The notes: generated from the letters alone by a model not told the origin. A stretch of 64,000 nucleotides of DNA from Catajapyx aquilonaris (GCA_000934665.2 KZ538518.1:1-64000), one strand, 5' to 3'; counted from the stretch's first letter, positions 42,078 to 53,299 are shown. Made by a program: numbers and translations.

Positions 42078-45000
42078 GTATGGCTTGAGGGGGGGATTGG
42101 TCATTTGCTGGGATTCTAGGGGAAGATATTAGTGGATTTGAGAGGTGATGTGGCGCTGGGGCCATCCAATTGACAGATTCTGGTTGGCGGTTGGTTTACT
42201 TTTTGGAAATTTTGTCGCCAGTGGCGGCAGGAACAATAGTGGGTATATCCCGTTTAACCTGTTGGGGGAGTTTTGTCACTGGTATATGGAAATAAGATAT
42301 TTTCTGCACCGATTTGGCACCCAGAAACTGACATGCTCTGAAAAGAACAGTTTCAGTAAGATGCATCTCCATCAGTAGTCTTCCCACCCGACCCCACCCC
42401 ACCCACATAGCCTTCATCTTGATAAATTGCAGATGGTTGCAAAGCACCAGGATGCGCCTGGCCAAAAGTTATTTTGGCAGATTCATTTGGTGCATATGCA
42501 CATATGCAATTTTGGAATGCATGACGCCTAGGGATGTACCAGAAAAACGTGGTGGAAGCCATTTTCTAGCCAAGCCACCATTTGGATGGCCGCCTGACCC
42601 CGACCCAAGCGCCCCCAGAAAGCCCCGTTGTCCTCCTCGAGCCCCCCCTCCCCCAACTCCCTTATTGTGCCTATTTTGGATCCCCTAGGAGCCAATAACA
42701 CCATCTGCAGGATGGTAGCCGTTTATGGTAGGGGGAAGACCGTCCTCCTCCACAGCCCCGCTCACGTTCAGCGGCACAAAAAGGCCCCAATCTGGGGAAG
42801 GGGGGGGGGGGAGGGGGAANGGGAAAGAAAAAGGAGCATTTCCTGAGCAAAAATTCCAAGCCGCTTTAGTCATCTCCATGACCTAAATGAAGCGGCCCGA
42901 CTACAGTAGCTGTTTGATGAGCCCTTGATTGGCTATTTCCGGCATTGGCGTTTCCTCGTACTGGAAGGTGTCTGATGAAACGGGATGAATAATTCGGGCA
43001 GGAAACCTTGAAGTGCGCATGCCACGTGGCTGGATGCCAAGCCAAAGCGGCCAGTTCGACGTTCCTGGGAAAATGTAAATATGAGCGGGGAAGGGGCGGT
43101 TATGGGCGAGATAAATGTGGAAGGCGCACTGAGGTTCTGTTGACCCGAGTGCGGCTGGAATTTATGGCCGGGCTGCGCACTGGGATAATGACCCGATGCC
43201 TTATTCCGACGCGCACTGCCGCGTTTTGCAGAAATAGCCGGTGCAGAAGGAAAATTCCAAGGCGGCTTGTTTTACCTTGGGGATCGTAAAATGTGCGGGT
43301 CGTTTCCTGGCCGGGTTGACGAATTGCGACGTCCGGTGCCTTAGTGGGCACGCATTGTCGAGTGTTGCAACCGTCAGGTCCGTGTGACCTGTCACGGGTT
43401 CTAAGAATATGTCGGTTGCAACCGTGGTTGCAACACTGAGGGAAACCAGAGGAAAGCATTTTCTGACACCCCCACTGTGGGAGTCAACGATCGTCACTGG
43501 TTTATTTTACATTGAGAGGGGGTTCAATTGGGCGCTGGCTCTGGCTGTTTGCCTATACGTGCAAGCGGACGTTGGTTGGTGATAAGACGACCCCCCACCC
43601 CCCTTCCACAGGGGGGGGGGGGGTTGGCCTGAGATTTGTCAGAATGGAAACGTGCTTGTGTAAGGATAAGGGGCATTTAACTCTGCCTCCAACACCCCCT
43701 CAACTGGAGGAAGGAAGGAGGTGGGGGGTTGGGTTCTAGGAAAAAAATATCTGTAGTGCAAGTGCAGCCAAAAGTGGAGGCGGTTCTGGTTTAGTGCTCG
43801 GTGGTTGGGGGCACTTTGGCACTTTCGGCAGTTGAGACTCGGTGGTGGTGGTGGTAGCATCCATTCGTCAGTCAGCCAGACTTGGGGTTGTCTTGAGACT
43901 CGACATGGAGTGCTTCAGGTGGCTTAGGAAATGGTTCCAGGAGGCGTTCATGGGCAGGCACAAGCAGTTGGTAAGTTTATCATCGGGGCCGTCCAAGGTT
44001 ATCCTTGTGCTGCACATGTCACCACACCGGACATAGGTTTCTGCCGGGTTGCCGTGTCGGATGGCGTCAAGCGGAAATAGCAGTTGCCCATACTTGGAAG
44101 TGTGAACCCAAGCCCTAAATATAGGGGAGGCCCATAAATAGAAATTCGGCGTTCCTCAACGTTTCTGGTGGAACGCGCGCTCGTAGATCGACCCTGTAGC
44201 TTGGTTTCGAGCCTGGGATTGGTTGGTTGAAGGGACGCGCCCCTGAAGCGACGCTGCCGAGAAGACAACACGTGCCGTTTAGTCATGGGGTCCTGTAGAT
44301 GCCCCAGGAGTTAGTCACGCTGTGATGAAATGCATCCGTCCATTGGAGGCCAGCAGACTTGGCTTACCCCCCACCCCCACCCCCCTCAATAGGAGCTGTT
44401 CCGGACCTTCCCCAATTTGGACACCAAGCCAAATTTTGCGACGAGGATGTTCGCATGTTGCGACGTAGACTAGTCGGGACTGGCAGTCGGGATGGGAAGG
44501 ATGAGCCAGTGGTATTCTGTTGGGGAGGAACAAGTGACCCTTGTGGGTTAACTCCCCTTAGTTCCTGTGGACTAGGGAGCTCGTCTGGAATGCAATAAAC
44601 TGGCTGCATGGCGTCTCGGAATGGAGAGACTGTGCCAGCCCAAGAATTCCCCCACAGAGCTGGATATGCTTTACGTGTCGGTTCCGTGAAGAAGATAAAA
44701 AAAGAGAGATGGTTGGGGGAGGGGATAATTGCATCAGGTATTTTTTGTGGGCCTATGCATTGTGGCAAAAACGTGGGAATTCTGGGTTGGAGTTAGAAAA
44801 GCTGCAGTCCAATTAGGCTGGAAGAAGGGCAGGTGCATGGCCTCATTTGTATGGCCTTTGATCACTCATTGAATAAATTAATATTAAGCTGGTCGTGCAT
44901 GCAACTAATGCTTGCATGCACCAATAATTTTGACAGCCTGCTAGCACTAACTGGCTAGTTAGTGGTAAGGATAGCAATAGAAATTATTATGGTCACTAAC

Positions 45001-45728
45001 TGGGCAGTTACAGTGGGTTGTGTGACAATGCACAACAAGTGTTACTGTTTAGAATTGTATCAACAATAAGTGAACAACTTCTTCTGGATTTACCATTGAT
45101 AATGCAACCCACCCTTAGGCTAGGTTGCACCGTCACAGGATTCGCTCAATACCAGGGGATACCATTGTTATTCTTTGTAGCCCAACAATTAGTGGTAGGA
45201 GGCTGTGACAATTGTTAGTGTATATGTGCATACACCTACCTTTTGGGATGGTAGGAAATTATGGTGGTGGTAGCTTTGGATTGTTGGCTTGTGATGGAGC
45301 ACGTCTGGAAAACTCGTGGCAGTCAATCCTCCCAAGTATAACTTATTCCAATGAGCTGTCAAGTTGGCATTGACAGCTTTAAATAGAGGGGAGGGAGGGC
45401 AGGGGGAGGGACTCGTTTGTCCAAATTGATTCATGGCAAGGACTGTGGGAAGGATGCAGTGGAGACCAGCTTGGATAGGAACATCCCCTTCCCTCCCCCC
45501 ACCCCGCCTCTTAATTGACCTGGCAGACATAAAGGGGTTTTTATTGGTGCCACAACAACCAGGCAGTTGCAGTCTGCTGCAGAGTCACAGCAAGGGATAG
45601 CCATGGGTTTGGGGCTCAGCCGAATTCCTGGTCCACTTAGAAAGTGGAAGAACTGGTATATTTATAACTGACATGTTCTCACCTAGATGTGGTTAATAAG
45701 TCCATATGGTTTTTTGCAAACCTTGCAG

Positions 45729-45881
45729 GCTAAGCCAGAGGCCACAGAGGAGCAGAAGGTGGCTACCCCAGAAGAGCCCAAGGCGGAAGCTGCCGAGGCC
45801 CAGTCCTCTGCCACTACTCCAGCTGCCGAAGAAGCTAAGCCGGCTGAGGCAGCAGCCGCCGCCGCTGAGAAACCTGCAGAG
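45729..45881 (+). CDS. Akap200: Akap200-like coding exon 3 (51 aa, Ala/Glu/Pro-rich)
   Basis: Acceptor ccttgcag ending 45728; donor GAG|gttagt at 45882; 153 nt, phase 0; AKPEATEEQK...AAEKPAE. Confidence 0.85.
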
Positions 45882-46583
45882 GTTAGTAGTAGCACAGAGC
45901 AGTAATTGCATGCATTATTGACCTGCCATAGGGAAATAGCGCCCCGACTTCTCCCCAGCTGCTATGTTTGCGCAACTAATATCCAATGGGGAGTTAATTC
46001 AACACAAGGTATGGGATAAAGTTTGGGTAATGGCACTACAGCTTTCCAAATGGGTGATTGCATGTTAATTACATGAGAATTACATGACATGGTCAGTGCG
46101 AGTGGCTGGGATTACAATAGCCCATTTGGTTAGTGCACCATATTTTCAGTAAGGTGCACATGGCCTCGAATGTAAGGCTTTTGGAAGCATATCTTGTAAT
46201 GCACAACTTCTTTTTTTGTCCAATTTGAAAGAACAAAAGTACAGTACAGTTTTTTACATATGGCATTTGTGGTTGGTGAATGCTTCGAGACTTGGGTTGA
46301 TAATTTTTTCATTCAGTTTATTAGTCGGAGCTATTAGGATAGTTGCACTATTTTCTCCCAGGACTGATGAATTTTCTGCATTCATTTTGATAGGATATAG
46401 GGATAACCAGATGCCCACTTAGGAACTTTTAACACTTAATTTATGAATTTTTTGAATATCGTCGCTGATCATGCAAAACCTCGTATCTTCCATTGGTTTT
46501 TGCAGGAGATACGAGGTTTTGCATGATAACCGACGATATGTAAAATACTGTATTTTTGAGGTTTCTGGTTCAAAGAGGCAGTA

Positions 46584-46742
46584 CAGTGTTAGACATAAAT
46601 CGAGGCATACTTCCAGCGACATTTTCTGAAGCGGCTGAAGGAATCTTGCTCGCCCGGCTTGCAGTATCTTGATCTTCGATGCCTTCTTCTGCCGCTTCGG
46701 AAAATGTCGCTAGCAATATGCCTCGATTTATGCCCAACACTG
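46584..46742. mobile_element. 159-bp MITE, TA TSD, CAGTG ends (Tc1/mariner-like)
   Basis: TA-CAGTGTTAGACATAAATCGAGGCATA ... TATGCCTCGATTTATGCCCAACACTG-TA; inverted arms of about 55 bp. Confidence 0.8.
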
Positions 46743-46841
46743 TACATTAACACATTTAATATGAAACATTTAAGATATACAGTCCATTACATTTGGGGAG
46801 TTCAAATGGAAATGGTTTCCTAATAACATTTTACTGCCTAG

Positions 46842-46991
46842 GCTGCGCCAGAAGTTAAGCCGGAGTCAACACCAGCTGCAGAAGCCCCAGCAGCAGCCGC
46901 AGCCCCCGTTGCTGCCCCTGAGCCAGTCCCAGAGGCCAAGACTGAAGAAGCAGCCAAAGAGGAGCCACAGGTTGTACAAGCTGCCCTGGAG
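46842..46991 (+). CDS. Akap200: Akap200-like coding exon 4 (50 aa; absent from the ORF track)
   Basis: Acceptor ttttactgcctag ending 46841; donor GAG|gtgagt at 46992; 150 nt, phase 0; AAPEVKPESTPAAEAP...EEPQVVQAALE with the same compositional bias as neighbouring exons. Confidence 0.85.
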
Positions 46992-48065
46992 GTGAGTCAG
47001 CCAGTGCTTTTCAAGTCTTGGGTTATATGAAAACATTGTAAAAGGGGAATAGCAGAGTTATTTTTTGTTTAAAATTTATTTCATCAGGGTTTTTACTTGG
47101 CAGGACTTTTGTAAAAAAATTTTTTACTTCTGCACAAACCACCACACAATTTGTGTTTTTTTGTGTCATTACTTGTGTGCTTAACCATTGTGATCAAATG
47201 ACTTCTCACTTTTTGTGTTCCTCAAAACCATTTTTAACTTCCATTCCATGTGCAGTTTACCATTATGTTCTAATAGACTAGACCATGCATGGGACTGTTC
47301 AGTAGGGACCTGACCTTCAATAGGTTTACTTCTGTACGTCACAACTAGTGTGCAAGTCAAATCATTACGAGTTGTCGAGTTGAAAAGCAATTTGCTCCCC
47401 CACTACTGCATGCAATGAATCCGTTGTGCAGAGCATGGCTTCACTTTGCATTGGTTTTTTTTTTGGGTGTTGTTTGAGAGCACAACAACAGAATGGGTGG
47501 AAAAATGAATGCATATATTGGCAAGTTGGTCAGTGACTAATGTTGTGGACGCTGCCAAGAGGACGCGACAAGACATGCCCTCACGATGCGAAACATGCTC
47601 CCTCTCCTCCTGATTTATTTATACATCCTGCCTCTTTCGCTCACTCTTCTCCATGTGCCTAGCTTTTTTTTGTTTAATACTCTTCCATCATTTCACTGTT
47701 CTTGATGCATGTTCTACTTGTGTGCCTTCCAAAGCTAATTTTCCAACTTTAACAAGATTCTGTTGCACGTTTTTTTGTGTTTTGTGTAAAACAAAAGACA
47801 CAGCACTCCAATGCTAAGTAACATCTCTGTTAATTCAATGTAGCTTTTAAAACATTTATTTTCGAGCCAGAAAGTCATGCAGCATGTAACTCTTGCCATT
47901 TGAGTAATTCAAACCCAATTTTTAGTCGCAAATTATTTGAAACTGGCTCAGTGTCATGAAAGCTAGGCATGAAGAGAGAGCCATATATTTTATTCCCCTC
48001 TTTACTGAGAGTAGAGCTTGATCGGTTGGCATCCTCAACCTTTGGCTCTATCCTTCCTCCTTCAG

Positions 48066-48890
48066 CCTCCGAAAGAGGCAGCACCACAACCACCACAGAC
48101 ACAGCAGGAGGCCATTGCTGCACCTGCACCCAAGTCCCCCGAAACTCCCGCTGCACCTGCACCTGCCCCTGCTCTTCCCACCCCAGAAACTCCTGTAGAA
48201 ACTAAGGTGGCAGATGCCCCTAAGGTTGAAGCAGCGGCTCCTGTAGACACCAAGGTTGAAGATAAACCTGCAGAACCAAAGGTTGAAGCCCCCAAGGCTG
48301 AAGAGAAGCCTGCAGAAACCAAGGTTGAAGAAGTTCCAGCACCAGTTGAGAGTCCAAAGGCTGAAGCCACACCAGCACCAGCTGAAAGCCCGAAGGTTGA
48401 GGCTGCCCCAGCCCCAGTTGAGAGCCCAAAGGTCGAAGCTGCCCCAGCACCAGCTGAAAGCCCAAAGGTCGAGGCTGCCCCAGCCCCAGTTGAGAGCCCT
48501 AAGGTTGAAGCTGCACCAGCACCTGTGGAGAGCCCTAAGGTTGAAGCAGCTCCAGCACCTGTGGAGAGCCCGAAGGAAGAAGCAATACCAGCACCAGTTG
48601 AAAGCCCAAAGGTTGAGGCTGCACCAGCTCCTGTTGAGAGCCCAAAGGTTGAAGCTGCACCAGCAATTGAACCAGAGTCCCTCCCACCACCACCACCAGT
48701 GGAGGCCCCTCTACCAGCACAGGAAGAATTTAAGGAGCCACCTCCAATGGATCTCCCCCCTCCTCCCCCTTCCCCACCCACCTCTCCAGCCTCGGGGGCA
48801 GAAGAGCAGGCCAAAGCTGCAGAACAGGCGCCCGCTTCTACTTCTCCCCTGCCACCGGCACCGTCAGAGGTCGCCACTGCCCCAAAAGAG
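48066..48890 (+). CDS. Akap200: Akap200-like coding exon 5 (275 aa; 12-aa tandem repeats and polyproline motifs; possible cassette exon)
   Basis: Acceptor tccttcctccttcag ending 48065; weaker donor GAG|gtagac at 48891; 825 nt, phase 0; contains 9 ESPKVEAAPAPV-type repeats plus LPPPPPV and LPPPPPSPPTSP. Confidence 0.82.
48348..48665 (+). repeat. Coding 36-bp tandem repeat, about 9 copies (ESPKVEAAPAPV)
   Basis: ESPK recurs at exactly 36-nt spacing from 48348 to 48636, with mostly synonymous differences between copies. Confidence 0.92.
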
Positions 48891-49196
48891 GTAGACCCAA
48901 CAACCAACGCCACCAACAATATTTCTATATAAGAATGCAATATCTGGAATGGCCTTTGCCTGGTTGTGTATGCCTATCCTTACATACTTTTAAAAAAGAG
49001 TGGCCCATGTTTTTCTCTGTATACGGATTATTTTCCAGTCATGTACTTTGCATGCAGTAGTGTCATGAAACAGGGGAGTTGTACCTCTTATTGAGTATTT
49101 TAGATGACGTCACATACTGGACTTGTGACCCTTTAGGTTTTGTGGCTAGGTTTTTTTTCCTGTTTTTTTCCTGTTTTTTTCCTGTTTTATTGTCAG

Positions 49197-49214
49197 GTTG
49201 CCGATTTTAGCGAG
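49197..49214 (+). CDS. Akap200: Putative 18-nt microexon (VADFSE)
   Basis: Three tandem T-run-CCTG units form a long pyrimidine tract ending ttgtcag at 49196; six in-frame codons; GAG|gtagtg donor at 49215; 114-nt downstream intron with G-runs and a ctgac branch-like motif. Confidence 0.5.
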
Positions 49215-49328
49215 GTAGTGGTTGTAGGGGGCTGTGATGCGGTTGGGGGCTGCAAAGTTAGGCCTTGTTTTTCTGACCGTAATTGCTGTTTTTCTCCCTG
49301 CCCCTCCCCCCTGCAAACAACCACAAAG

Positions 49329-49463
49329 GCTGAAGCTCCTGCTGAGAAAGCTGAGCCTGAGACCCCAAAGGCCGAAGAGCCGAAGGCCCCTGAGCCAGTG
49401 GCACAGCCACCCGAGGCCACCAAGATTGAGGACAGCGCCCCTTCCCAGGAGCCAGCCCAGCCG
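49329..49463 (+). CDS. Akap200: Akap200-like coding exon 6 (45 aa)
   Basis: First AG (aag, 49326-49328) after a pyrimidine tract at about 49285-49312; donor CCG|gtaata at 49464; 135 nt, phase 0; AEAPAEKAEPETPK...QEPAQP. Confidence 0.8.
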
Positions 49464-50208
49464 GTAATAAGCTTACCTTCAGTGCTAGTTTTGTATTTAT
49501 ATATAGGAACATGTGACAAATCTTGGGCAGTGACGCATCGTGTGGTCATTTTCACAGCATTTCCAGATTTATCCAATTGAATGAGTTGTTGTTCTGTTGA
49601 ACTGTTTATAGTGGGAATATTCTTAAGTTCATTACAAATGGTTGATTACAATAACTGTGGCATAAATTTTCAAGAATGCTATTTTAATCCTTCATAGACA
49701 GTCCTAGCAAGTGAATAGGAAACTGCCATTGTGACGCAATTTCAAAAAAGGAAGGAAATGCGTAATCTGCATAGCATCCTGGATTGTTGAAAGGCCTAAT
49801 AAGAGATGAAAGGTTGTACATGTACTGAATATGTGGATGCTGGGGTGAAGTTCTGGGACCTTGGATTATCCTTGACCTCTTGGAGCATCTCCCAAGCAAT
49901 TTAAAGTCTGCTGCCTTGAGCTTTTTTGGCTCTGCAACCTAAATATTTCAGTCATTGCCAAGAGGGAATTAAGGTCAGTCAGGTTGACACTGGCACCATT
50001 CAGCCTTCCATGGCAGGGCAAGTTACTCGGACTGAGTCAGTGATCATCTCATATATCATTGATGCAATGTGCAATTAATTTACCAGGCAAAAAAAGTGAC
50101 CAAAGAAAGGCAGGGTGTTCAATTACACCATATAATTGTAGATGTGTGGCATGTGTTTTAAAATTGAACTTGCATCCATTGGTAAAATTTTTATGGGTCC
50201 TTATTTTA

Positions 50209-50348
50209 TGTTATTTTTTTACGATACCCCATGAGGGGCCAGAGACCCACTGACGCAGGCGAAAGGGAAATCCAGGGCGGGGATCGAACCCGGGACCTTC
50301 CACACTGCGAGCTGAAACGTTGCCATCTCGGCCATCACGCCTTCCCCA
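50209..50348 (-). mobile_element. Short tRNA-derived SINE with 17-bp TSD
   Basis: Minus strand has A box TGGCCGAGATGG, B box GGTTCGATCCC and an A-rich tail; perfect direct repeat TATGGGTCCTTATTTTA at 50192-50208 and 50349-50365. Confidence 0.85.
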
Positions 50349-50446
50349 TATGGGTCCTTATTTTAATTTGTTCCTGTTGCCTCACCTTGTAGTGTGGCAG
50401 TGAGTTACATATGCCATTGTAAAGAGGGTGACGTGGTTTGACTATA

Positions 50447-51133
50447 CAGGTAGTCCCCGGTTTGCGAACGACCCGACATAAGGCGATCTGTACTTACAAC
50501 GGTCCCCCAAGGCTCCCCAGAAAGATAATTTATAAATATCCCTCCACTTTCAATCATTACTGCATACGTTGGCCGACACCAAGTTCAACATAAATACAGG
50601 AAGTCCCCGGTCTATGAATGGGGTTACGTTACTGATAATGTCCATAAGTCTGATTTGTACGTAACTCGAATCCCCGAGGAACAGCACATATATGCAGCAT
50701 AAAGGTGCTGCTTCAACGAACCGCTTACGTCGTCTGTGTGTGTTCACAGGCGTGAAAGAATGTAGTTTCCCAATTATTTATTAATTATGAACTTTGTGTC
50801 AGTCAACATACCCAGAAGTGTCTTTAAAGTGGAGGAATAATTATAAATCATCCTTATGGAGAGCTTGGGAGACAGTTTGTAAGTACAGATTGGCGTAAGT
50901 CGGGTTGTTCGTAAACCAGGGACTTCCTGTAGTGTATCATTAATAAACTATTGGGAAACTACGTTCTTCCACGCATGTAAACAAACACACAGTAAGCAGT
51001 TCGTAAGCAGTTCTTTGGAGCAGCATGTTTACTCTGCATATATGCACTGTTCCTCAGGGATCAGAGTTGCGTACAAATCCGACTTATGGACATTTTAAGG
51101 AACATAACCTCGTTCATAGACCGGGACTACCTG
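50447..51133. mobile_element. Tigger/pogo-like MITE (outer copy), interrupted by an inverted copy of the same family
   Basis: TA-CAGGTAGTCCCCGG ... CCGGGACTACCTG-TA termini; interior interrupted at 50597-50929. Confidence 0.8.
50597..50929. mobile_element. Tigger/pogo-like MITE (inner copy, opposite orientation)
   Basis: TA-CAGGAAGTCCCCGG ... CCAGGGACTTCCTG-TA; its two halves are reverse complements of the outer element's right and left halves. Confidence 0.8.
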
Positions 51134-51648
51134 TAGTACGTTTATATAATCCAAGCCAGACTTAAAGGTGAGTTCACAGGAGTCACCAGTGTCTCAAATT
51201 TTCATTGATATGTATGGACTTCAATTCTAAAACACATGGTACATCTTGTTAAGAGGCATTTGCTTGGTAATATTCTACTGAAAGAAAGGCTGCTATAACA
51301 CCTAAAGGGGGTTTATTATGAAGATTACAATTTTTGTGGCAAGATTAGTCATGTAAAAATTATTGCTTGCCATATTGTCACAAGCTTTGCATATCATTAT
51401 ACCTCTTACTAACGAATTTGTGCCCCTCTCGGGGTTGGTCATGTCAAGAGAAGGAACCAAGTGCGGCAAAATACTTGACTGTTGGTCCACTCTGACATTT
51501 GATTCACTGGTACCAGGGGACCAAAATTCGATCAATGTTTTAAAAATGCTACGCTAACATTATTTTGTCATTGTGTCAGCCATGTACCATAGAATGGAGT
51601 CAGTCACCCGCCTGAGTGAACTTTGCCATAATTCCACAAATGTCATGA

Positions 51649-51652
<4 letters not shown>

Positions 51653-51695
<43 letters not shown>

Positions 51696-52018
51696 GTTAC
51701 CCATTGGAGAGAAAGGAGCTCTTTTAGGCGGGGGGTGAACTACCGTAAAGTCCACTTTCTTATTTTTCTTCAGCACCGGTGCAAGGATGAAAGGACATGG
51801 GGTAGGGATGGGGATTTTTGGGGAGGGGAAATGGGTGCAGGTGAAATGTCTGTAAACTGGTCTCGTGCTGTTCCTCAGGAGGTTGGGTTGCCCGACACCT
51901 CAAAGGTGCGGGTCAGAGACCCTCCTGACGCAGGCGAATGGGAGCTCCCAGGCGGGGATCGAACCTGGGACCTTTCACTCAGCAAGCTGAGACATTACCA
52001 TCTCGGCACACCTCCCCC
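51653..52018 (-). mobile_element. Long form of the tRNA-derived SINE with (AAT)n tail
   Basis: Same head as the 50.3-kb copy (B box GGTTCGATCCC; shared TCGCCTGCGTCAG...GGTCTCTG), about 200 bp of extra body, trinucleotide tail at 51649-51695, TSD GTCATGA(A/G)TTA at 51642 and 52020. Confidence 0.8.
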
Positions 52019-52674
52019 AGTCATGAGTTAATATTTAAGATAACCATGCCAGCACAGGTGATTTTTTTTTTTTCTTGTGCAAACATGCCAAATGCTGCAA
52101 TAATGGCATTACATGTGGTTGAAAGTCTAAATTTTCATGTTACCATACCTTAAATATTCATCAGAATCTTTTTGGAATTATGGCCAAGGGGCCTAGGTGA
52201 CCTGTTTCTGCGGCATTCCTGTTGGTTCTGAATATGATGCTGTGCCATGAAAGCCTGTATTGACATATTGCTCTCCTGACTATTTCATACCCTGTATTTT
52301 GATCTTTTTTGTTTTACCTCGAAAGAAAGCCTCAGTAATGCGTACATATGCCCATGTCATGACTGTCATCCTTTGGCAGTAAAAGCGTTTAAAGAACTCC
52401 CACTGTGAAAAGAGGCATTTCTGAAACTAGCTCCAAGCTCCCTTACTGCTGAAGCTTGAATCAGCATAAAATGACAATGTAGGTGCATTCTTCCCACACC
52501 TGCAGCTTCCGCACCATGTCCACCTCCTGTGCCACGAGGTGCACCATGATTAGGATTCCCTGCCAAGGCTGGTTCAGCAGCATTTTTCTGCCTTGCTGGC
52601 CATCTCCCCAACATAAGGGTATCACCATCTTTCTTAGCATTCCATGGTCCTTCCACTTCCCTGAAGGGCGATAT

Positions 52675-52876
52675 CTACTGCTCAATATCAAGGGGTTTCA
52701 ACCCGTTCCAACCCCTTGGATCAACCCCTAGAGCGGGCTTGAACCAAGTAGAGCATGGCCCTACTTGGTTCAACCCATTGAATTCAAGGGGTCGAACCGA
52801 GGAGGGCCGGGCTCTACTTGGTTCAAGCCCGCTCAAGGGGTTGAACGGTTTGAAACCCCTTGATATTGAGCAGTGG
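52675..52876. mobile_element. Palindromic (foldback) MITE, superfamily unassigned
   Basis: ACTGCTCAATATCAAGGGGTTTCAA ... TTGAAACCCCTTGATATTGAGCAGT; near end-to-end inverted symmetry centred on TTGAATTCAA. Confidence 0.75.
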
Positions 52877-53201
52877 ATACCACCCTTTAGCTCTCTCTCT
52901 CTCTCTCTCTCCCTCCCCCTGTCACTGTCCCTCTCTCCCTCTTCTCTCAACCTGCCATCCCTCATGGCCTTCCTCCTACCCGTCATGCTGCACAACTCCA
53001 TGAGCAAGGCGTCTAGTCGTCTGTTCAGTCAGTTTTCCTTAGCTGAGCCATTCGTTCCAACTGGCTTACTGTAGCTGGCTCTGGGCAAGCGTTTCAGATA
53101 CAAGTACTAAAACAAGCCTTCCTCAGATATCCAGCCTACTGGAGGCCAAGTTTTAGTCCCATGTATTGGTTTGCTATTTTGTATGAGGACTCGTACATGT
53201 A

Positions 53202-53299
53202 CTATATCGCCCAAAAAGATAGACGATTTTGCATTTGACTCAAGTGCAACTTGCACTTGAATCAAATGCCAATCGTCTCTATCTTTTTGAGCGATATAG
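53202..53299. mobile_element. 98-bp hairpin MITE, TA TSD
   Basis: GTA-CTATATCGCCCAAAAAGATAGA ... TCTATCTTTTTGAGCGATATAG-TAC; the stem extends to a central CAAGTGCAA-C-TTGCACTTG. Confidence 0.75.

Noticed and set aside
48062..48940. 292-aa Gly/Ala/Ser-rich minus-strand ORF and 212-aa alternate-frame plus-strand ORF
   Set aside because: Shadows of the repetitive real exon; only the Pro/Ala/Glu frame joins neighbouring exons in phase.
50260..50348. Possible tRNA gene
   Set aside because: A and B boxes are present, but the tail, TSD and a second diverged copy identify a SINE.
51573..52031. 152-aa ORF with poly-Tyr
   Set aside because: Antisense reading of the SINE and its (AAT)n tail.
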